Below, piece after piece: positions 1 to 9,000 of a stretch of 64,000 bases of DNA. Within the stretch, counting starts at the first letter, position 1; the number at the start of each line of letters is the position of its first letter. The position numbers and the translations under genes were made by a program. The DNA comes from a virus (lineage: Duplodnaviria > Caudoviricetes), in IMG/VR virus record IMGVR_UViG_3300037067_006130, positions 22,413 to 86,412 of that record. One strand, written 5' to 3'. The notes under the pieces were generated by a model. That model did not search any database. It was not told where the DNA came from and saw nothing but the letters and a program-made list of their open reading frames with translations.

Positions 1-2
1 AC

Positions 3-3000
3 GATTTTGATGATTATCTTCTTTCATCACTATATGAGAATAATGTAAACTGGGATACATTCCTAAGTTACCTTAACTTCTATTCAACAGTTGACTTACA
101 TCGTTTTGAATCAATTAAGATATTCATTAACGGTAAGGATGCCAATAAATATGAAAGAACATTCCTCAATCCTGAGTTTGACCTTGATTCGCTGATTAAA
201 CCATTCATGTCGAAGATTAATAACTTTAGGATTGACCATAAAGACGGTACGCATAGTGAGGGCGAAAAAGCATTATCTACTCGTATTGGACAGTATATCA
301 ACGAGCATAATAAATTTGTTAGAGAGTACGACCATGAGAATCCTAATAAGGCCAAAATATTCGAACATGATTTACAGTTCCTAGAAGATGTCACAGGGAT
401 TAGCAAAGAGATTTGGAGGGATCATTACTTCTATGATAATGATAAGAAGGAGAATGAAACCCTTATGCGTGTTGTGGATGAGAAAGGTAATGAAAAGTAT
501 GTTAAAACAGTATTCAATAGTTTTAAAGACATCATTGACTTTAATCACTACAAGGCTAATGAAAGCATAGAGGATTTAACATCTCTAGGAATTAAAAAGA
601 TTGACCTACCAAAAGGTTCAACCTTTGTAGATAGCAAACCTTACTACGCACCTGATAAAACAAGTCTATCCTCTAAGATGATGGGTTCGTTTGCGGGTAA
701 GTATAATACCCAGGTTGGTAAAGAAAAGAAGTCGAACAAAGAGTTTATGTTTGATTTCATGACCAAAGGGGTTAAGGGTGTCTTTGCGAATATCGTTAAG
801 CTTAGCACCTCTAAAAAGGGTGGATTAGGATTAATGGTTCGTGACCTTGATGGGAAACAGTTCGCAGCTTACGTGCAAGATTTTCCTGCTCTTAAAACGC
901 TTAAAAAAGCATTTGATGTTCAAGAGCATCCTTTTATGCAGAAGTTAAAAAAACTTGGTGTCCAACCAACCATTATGTATCAACAGGGTATCAAAGGGTA
1001 TGACTTTGAGAAGGGAAATAAGAAAGAAAATTCTATCGAGAATCAACATATTTCGCCTGAAGATTTTTGGGTATCTCAGATGATTCAATTTTTTGATGGG
1101 GATAAAACGTATTATGCTAATGCTGGACAGTTCAGTGATCGTAAGATGTTACTCCATGTGAATGCTCCAAAACTCTCAAGAACTAAATCACCGGTAGCGA
1201 GTGAAAAATGGTTAACCGAAAATCTACCTGACTACGAAGATGTAGTACAGGCTTATATTAGTGATTATGGTGAAAGAATAAAGACTACTTTTAATATTGA
1301 CCATGCTGGACTTGAAAATTTTGTAAAGGATTTTGTTTACAACTTCGCAAGGAATACCAAAGACTTGATGGAGATTATTCATGGTAATCTTAAGCAGTAC
1401 GATGGTGGTTTTATTCAGATTCTAAAGCGTGGTGCGACAAGAACTTCAACAGGTCTAGGAACTATACCTACATCAGGTATTCCACGAGAATTTAAGGTAA
1501 TGGTTGCTGAAGATCTAAAAGAACTTGGATTCAACGATTCTGAATTCGCTGTAATGGATGGTCTTGCCATTGGTTCTAGTAAATTCATGGCGAATTATGG
1601 TAAAAATCTTGGTTCTATCTATAATAGGGTTCTAGAACTAGGTGACTTTAAAACATCAAAATCATTGGTTGACTTCCTTGATGATAAAGGAATGAGGACT
1701 ATCTGCAAGGCAAACTTTGTAGATATCAGTGTGTTCGTTGATACGTTTGGTGGTGCTAAATGGAAGGCACTAGCTGACTTTATGGATAAGAATGGGATTG
1801 ACGTATTCACTACAGATAAAGCGGTAAAACTTAATGGTAGTAAACTATTAGATAATCCACATTCTTCCAGTAAGGGTTCACTAGCACTATTCAAAAAGGA
1901 TGGTACATTAAATGATATTCCAACCGAACATATTGAGAAATTCAAACAAACTTGGAGTTTAGATAATGTTATCTCTCAGCAAGAACTTCGTAAGAAAGTA
2001 GGTGCTGAAGGTAAGGGTAAGGTTCCTATTCAGCTTAAAACAAATCTTATCGCTCTTCCAAGTTTTTCGGGTTATCTCGAGCATGTAAATAAACAGATTG
2101 ATATCACATTAGCGGAACTTGAAAAGAAGTTCAACGGAATGACTAAACCTGAAGAGATTAAATCTTTCGTTATCGAACTATTCACCAAGGAATTCGCAAA
2201 TGTAACCATCGATCCTGATACTGGTGAAGAGAATATACTCGATTCTGAAGGTAGTAAATTAGATCCAAAAAATCTCGAGGGAAATGCTTTACTTGTATAT
2301 AGAAGATTATCGTCTGGTGCAAGTATCAATGAACCATTCATTCGCGAATCAATCGTTAGAAAGGTTCTTTCCTACATTGAACGTGAGGGGTTAACTCTAG
2401 ATGGTAATCGTCAGGGAACATATCTTATTCCCGACGTATTCGGACACTTAAAAGATTATAGACCATCTAAGGATAGTCGATACACTTTACTTCCACAGGT
2501 AGCCGCAAATCTTCCCGGAGGTAGATATCCTAAATTTTTCGTCACGGAAAAAGAAGCGATATCACATATTGAAAAGAATAGCAAACAGCATTCCGATTTA
2601 TATAACGATAAAGGAAAACTAAACGATTGGGAGGTTGAAGAGGTTGATGGTAAATTTATGGTTCCCGGTGAAATGGTATTCGTTAATTTTGTACCAGGTA
2701 CTAACTATCATAGTCATCCACTTGGAAGATTAACTCTTCGCTCTGTTGGTAACTCTAGTTCTGTTAGCGCTACCCTTGCAAGTAGAGCAGGTAAAGATTT
2801 CGATGCGGATGGAGCATATTTACTATTCCTATTCAAGGATAAACAAGGAAATATAATCCTAGACGAGAGCAAAAAAGGTCGTTCTAATCAATCAATCCTT
2901 GCCATTAAAAAAGACTTCAATGATTCAAACAATCTTCAGATGTTGATGAATCCTATTGATACGGAAAAATATGACGTTCCTGTACTGAAGGTAATCGACA

Positions 3001-6000
3001 AATTATATCCACCTGATAAGTCAAGAACTTTTGATAAGAAATTATACTGGCATCCCTGGGCACTTCAAGAGGCAAGAATAATCAGTTTAGATGGTGTTAA
3101 TCTAAAGGCCATTGCAACCAATCATGCAACAACCTATAGCTATCTAAATGCGATTAAACCTGATATCAAGAAATTTACCGCCAAGAATGGTAAGCAGTAT
3201 ACTACATCATTTCCTATTCCAAGATATGATGATAAAGGAAAGCAACAAGGTTCTATTAAGCTAGATGGTATTCCTGAAGATGTATTCAATGTTTATAAAG
3301 AACATCATGGGAATATTACCAATTTATGTTTCGATAATATGACCGATCCTAAGATTGGAAGGATGGGATATAATGTTTGGACATCTAACCTATTTGAGTT
3401 TGCTCTTATCAATGATAGCTCATTATCATCTAAGAACTACAAAACTGCTCAACTTTTAGATAAAGCGGTTACCCAACGAATTAAAGAGCTTTCAATCTTC
3501 TTTAACCGTCCAGTATTTAAAATGTTTGCAGTAGAGTGTGATCGATTTAATAAATCAAACGAATTCTACTCTACATCAGAGGTTCAAAAACTTGCATTTA
3601 CTGAGGTTGAAAGAATGTTTAATTCAAAAGAACCTGCAGATGTTGTTGCTCTAGATAAGTTAATGAAGTATTCCAGCGACCTAAACGTGATTAAAGGTGT
3701 TCAGAAGTTAACCGAGCAGACACCAAAAAGTTACGAAGAATACGCTGCTTCATTGGATTCGATAAAGAGATTAATGACCAATGGACTTTATTTCTATGAT
3801 ACTCGTGCATTTTTAAACGATACCCAAAGAGAGTTAACCCCTCTTCTCGAGAATGCCATTAAGTCATTAATGGCTGCAGAAAATCTTGCATTCAAAAAGA
3901 GCATCGAAACATCGAAGATTGCTCAGTTTGTAGTCCATGAGATTAAGAACAAGATTGCTTTAGAGAAGGGTTCAGAACGTGGAGTATGGCTTGGAACCGA
4001 AACGGTTAAGAAAATTATGAATAACCTTCAGGCATTCATCTCCCTTAACGCATTGGTTAAAGATGTAGAACCGGGTACTATCGCGGATAAACTGATTAAC
4101 GATTTCCCTATGTACAAAACAAAATTTATGAATAACAAATTCATGGATTTTGTGCAGGTTGAGGATAGAGCAGATATTACCGACATTAAGAACATAAAAC
4201 TTCGCGAGGAAAAGACGATACAAGTTCCAACTATCTTTAGAACCATTAACCTAACACCAGAACAGCTTAAAGAAATTCATGATGATTTTGATGCTCTTCC
4301 TGCAGAGTTAAAGGATGCTTTGTATACCTACATGATATATGAGCATGGTATTAAGAATGCAATAACTACAGGAACTTACTATCAGTTCATGAGTGACAAG
4401 TTTCTTAACGAAAAAGCAAAAGTTATTGAATCCGAGATGCAACGTTGGGAACAGAATGATTTTGGCGAGTTAACTGCAGGTCAGATATCCCAAGTACTTG
4501 TTGATAACATAAAGGAATTCCTTAAGGGTAATCGTGGTAAGGTTCGATTCAAATATGAAACAAAACACAAGTACGATGTTCAGGATCTCAAGAATAATTT
4601 CTCTGAGTTTGTAGGTTCGTTTAGCCTTGCTGACCATCAGAAGTATGCTAACATAAAGACTGAAGCACAATTCATCAAGTTTATCGAGGCAAAAGGAGTT
4701 ACTTACGAAGACTTTAAGACTGCTCTAATCTATCATATCACCGAGAATGGAATTAAGGTTAATCCTAAAACCATGATTTCGGACTACTTTTCTAACCCTG
4801 AGAACTTTGTCAAGGTCGAAAAGATGGATCATAAGATGGCCTCAGCCGATAATATTACAGGTAAAGATACGACCACGTTAGTCGAATCAGAGAAAGGTAA
4901 TAGAACAGCAAGTACTCGCTCTTTCCCGCTAGGTTCGTTTAAGAATGAGAATTTAGCCTACGCTGAGAAGGATATCCCAGGTCGATTAATCCGTCTTGAA
5001 GGAGGTAAAGAATTATACGTTGTAGAAAAAGTAGAACAGCTTACCAAAGATGTTCTCGCTGATCCTACGTTCCCTGAACGTTGGAGCAAGAAAGAACTTT
5101 GGACACCAGAATACTTCAAGAAAGTGTTAGGTGGACCAACCGTTCACGAAGGTTCTTGGCAGACCACATGGAGAAAAATAGATAGAAGTGAGTTAAAGAT
5201 GGCTCATGCTGGTGGAAATAAAGTTGCCAATGAACTACCTATTGACTATCATGGTTCTATTGTATTCGCTTCCATTGGTACTGGTAAGTCAGTATTCGTT
5301 TCTCAAAAACAAGGTGTACTCGATGCGGATGATTTGCTTAGAGAAATTCTTGACGATCATGGAATCGAGTATGATGTTAATAACTTCGGACTTAAAGGAT
5401 ATGAGAACATCGATACTATTTGGGATGATTTAAGACAGTTATTAACCGATAAACTTAATGAAGGACATACAATTTTTGGTAGCAATTTCTTTTTACTTCA
5501 TGAGGATCTTGGAAAGGATTTAGTGAAGTATGCTCTTCTCGAAAAAGACACGAATCTATTACACGACAGAACAACACAAAGAGCAAAAGCAGAAGGAAGA
5601 AATGAAATACAGATTGATTACCTAAATCGTAGAGTAAGACAGGAAGTAGATGCTTTCAAAGACCTTGGTAAGAATAGAAAAGAACTAGGTGGTAAATTTG
5701 TATCAGATCATTTTAACCCTGAAACACAATCGAAATTAGGTAATATAAGTGAGAAAGTAGTATTCGGTAAACTTGAGGTAATTAATACTAATCAGGGTAG
5801 AACGAATGAGTTATCCCTAAAAGATTTATCAGAACGTATATTAACGATGAATCCTGAGATTGAGAAGTTAGTTAATAAACTCATTTTATCCTATCCAAAC
5901 AGTAAGGTTATCCTTTACCTAGATAAGATTGATCCTCTTGGAAGTGCCGCATTGGGTACCGACAATAATATTGAGATGTACAAGGATTCCGTTGGCGAAG

Positions 6001-9000
6001 GATTTGAACAGAGATTATATCATGAACTAGCACATCTTGAAACAAAAGATAAGATTAACAAGGATAAACAGCTTCGTTCAGAACTTGAAAAATTGCTTGC
6101 TCTTTCTCGAAAGGAAACAACTACTCCTGGTCTATATGGATATAGTAATGTTCACGATTTTGCTGCAGAGTACATATCAAACCCTGAGTTTAAGAAGGAA
6201 CTATCCGGTGCTATCGTAAATAAATTAGATAAACTATTTAAGGATAAAGAGATTAAAAATCAGTATACAAATCAAACGACAACTGGTATAATAAAAATAA
6301 TATCTGGCGGTCAATTAGGTGTTGATATGGCAGGACTCGATGCAGCAAAAGAAATAGGAATTGAAACAGGAGGTACAGCTGCTGCTGGATATAAACAATC
6401 AGTAAGTAAAGAGAAAAACATAAATAATAAAAATCTTAAAATAACTTATGGTTTAAAAGAAGGAAAAACAACAAGAAGGCAAGGAAAATTTGGAGAATAC
6501 AATGACGTTTACCATCAAAGAACAATAGATAATGCACAAGAAGCAGATGGTACTATTTGGTTTGGAAAAGAAGATAGCCCAGGAGGAAAATTAACATTAG
6601 GTAGAGAAGCACAAAGAGGCAAACCAGAACCATTGGTTAATCCTAATAATGTTAAAGAAATAAAGGATTGGGTAATCAACAATAATATAAAAATATTAAA
6701 CGTTGCAGGAAACAGAGAGTGGACTAATCCTGGTATTTATAATAAAGCTAGAAGAATACTTGTAGATGCTCTAAAATCAAATGGGGATATTATAAAAAAT
6801 CAGTTACCAAAAACTGCTCACGAGGCATTGCTTACCAATGATCCAGAACTGGCAGAATTTATGATTGACCATCTCGTTAAGTCATTCCCTGAGATTGAGA
6901 TGTTTAAAAGCAGAGATAACTTTATTAAATTCTGCGAAACAAACGCTAAAAGAGGACTTGTTTTCGATACCAGAGCCATTGGCCATGCTTTTGCCAACGC
7001 TGTCTATATCGATCCTAAAAAGGCATTCCAATCAACTCCTGTACATGAGTACGGACATATCTACTATGATTCATTACCCGATTCGAATACATCAAAGAAA
7101 ATTCTTCGTCAGCTATTCACCGAAAATGGTTTATCTCTAAGCGAGATTGACGAGAATATCGTATTCGAGATAGGTCGTGCCGGAGTAAAACTAGCAATCA
7201 ACCAGTTAGAACTATCCAAGAAAAATAAGTTGGAAAAAGAGTTACCTAAGTTTTGGGAAAGCGTTAAAAAGGTGTGGTCTAAACCTAAGTTTAAAACGAA
7301 GGATGATTTCATTAATGATATCGTCGAACAGATGTGGAATCGTGAACCTAACGAGAATGACCGTTTCAATCAACAGGTAGTTCGTAATATGATTGTTGAG
7401 CAGGATCCTAATGGTGATCCAACCTTTGAGGAACGAACGGAACCCGATGGTCATAACTCTCTTTGGGAGAAAGGTGGTAAGCGATTAATTACTCCTTCAG
7501 GATTAAAATCTATCCTTACTAGCGGTAATCGTTTCAACGAAGAGGACTATATCAAGATTAAACTTCGTCAAACACAACTTGGCGATAGAAAATCGGTAAC
7601 CCTTGCTGAAACAAAACGGTTAGAAGCCCAAGTTAAATTTATTACCGAAAGTGGTAATGACGTTCATAGTCTTTGTGCTGCTTACTTCGAGGAAGATCCT
7701 TTCATCAGCAAGGCGCTTATCGCTGAAATTTTAAAGAAAAAAGTAGTTGATGCTAATGAGGTTCTAAAAGGATTGGTAAACCTAAGAAAGTTTATCGAAA
7801 CTAAATGGGGTAAAAACGTTAAGTACTATGCAGAACATACTTTTGCTAATGTAAAGAATAGACTTGCAGCAAGACCTGACCTAATCATTGAGGTTGCACC
7901 AAACGAGTTGGTGTATATGGACTTTAAATCCTCAGACGCGTCTTTCTTTAACAAGGATGGTTCTTATAACGGAAAGGTAACTGAAACACATGGACTATTT
8001 GGAAAGCCATTAGAATTTGTACCAAACACCATCGAGAATCAGCGTAAAGTACAATTCTCATTGACTAAATATATTCTCGAGAATCAAAACAACGGTTCTA
8101 AGGAAAAGAACAAAATCGTCGGAATGTATGTAGTACCAATTTCCACCAGCCTCAACATTACTCAAAACGAGGATGGTGATTGGAACTACACTATCGAGAA
8201 CGTGGATATGAAGAAACCTATCCCAATAACTCCGATGACTGATCCAGCGATGAGAGGGATTCAGAAGTTTATCGATAGAACTAAAGACCTTGGAAAAAAC
8301 TATTTAAAACTTAAGAAAGAGTTTGGAAATACCCATAACGATTACGATTTGCACAATACTGGCCAGTTAATGGATATGATGGAAAACATCACAAACACAA
8401 CGCTTGATAAGACAAGTATGTTTGATGTGATGAATATTAACAAGACCGGTATAGCGAATATTGAAGATACTCTTTTAAGCATTTCAGAGGATGAAGGTGG
8501 TAAATCTTATCTTCCTTCAGATATTCATGGCGACAAATCGTTACCATTCGAGGAAATACTAGCAGCATCTAATCCTGAGAATCCTTTGAATAGAAAGAAG
8601 CTTGAGGCGAGTATTTCAGATAATGTGGTGGAATCTATAAAGAGAAAAATAGCACCACTAGAGCATGAGAATTGGGTTGAAAATAGTACTGGTCACTTCT
8701 ACGATCCGATTAGTAAGAAAGGATTTGAAGCGATTGGATATAAGGATTTAGTATCAGAGATAACATCTCCGGCCAAAGTATCGGAAGGTGATTCTATCGG
8801 TATTCCTATTCAATATACAGATTCATCAGGGAATAAACGATTAATCACTGAAATCGCTACGATAAAAAGTATTCATCATGATAGTAAATCTCCATCTAAA
8901 TCGTATGTTATCGCTGAGTCAGAGAATGGAGAGTTTATTCGTCTTGATAGTTTAGATCCTCATGATGGTATTCTACGTGAAGTCAAGAAGTGGATTACTA

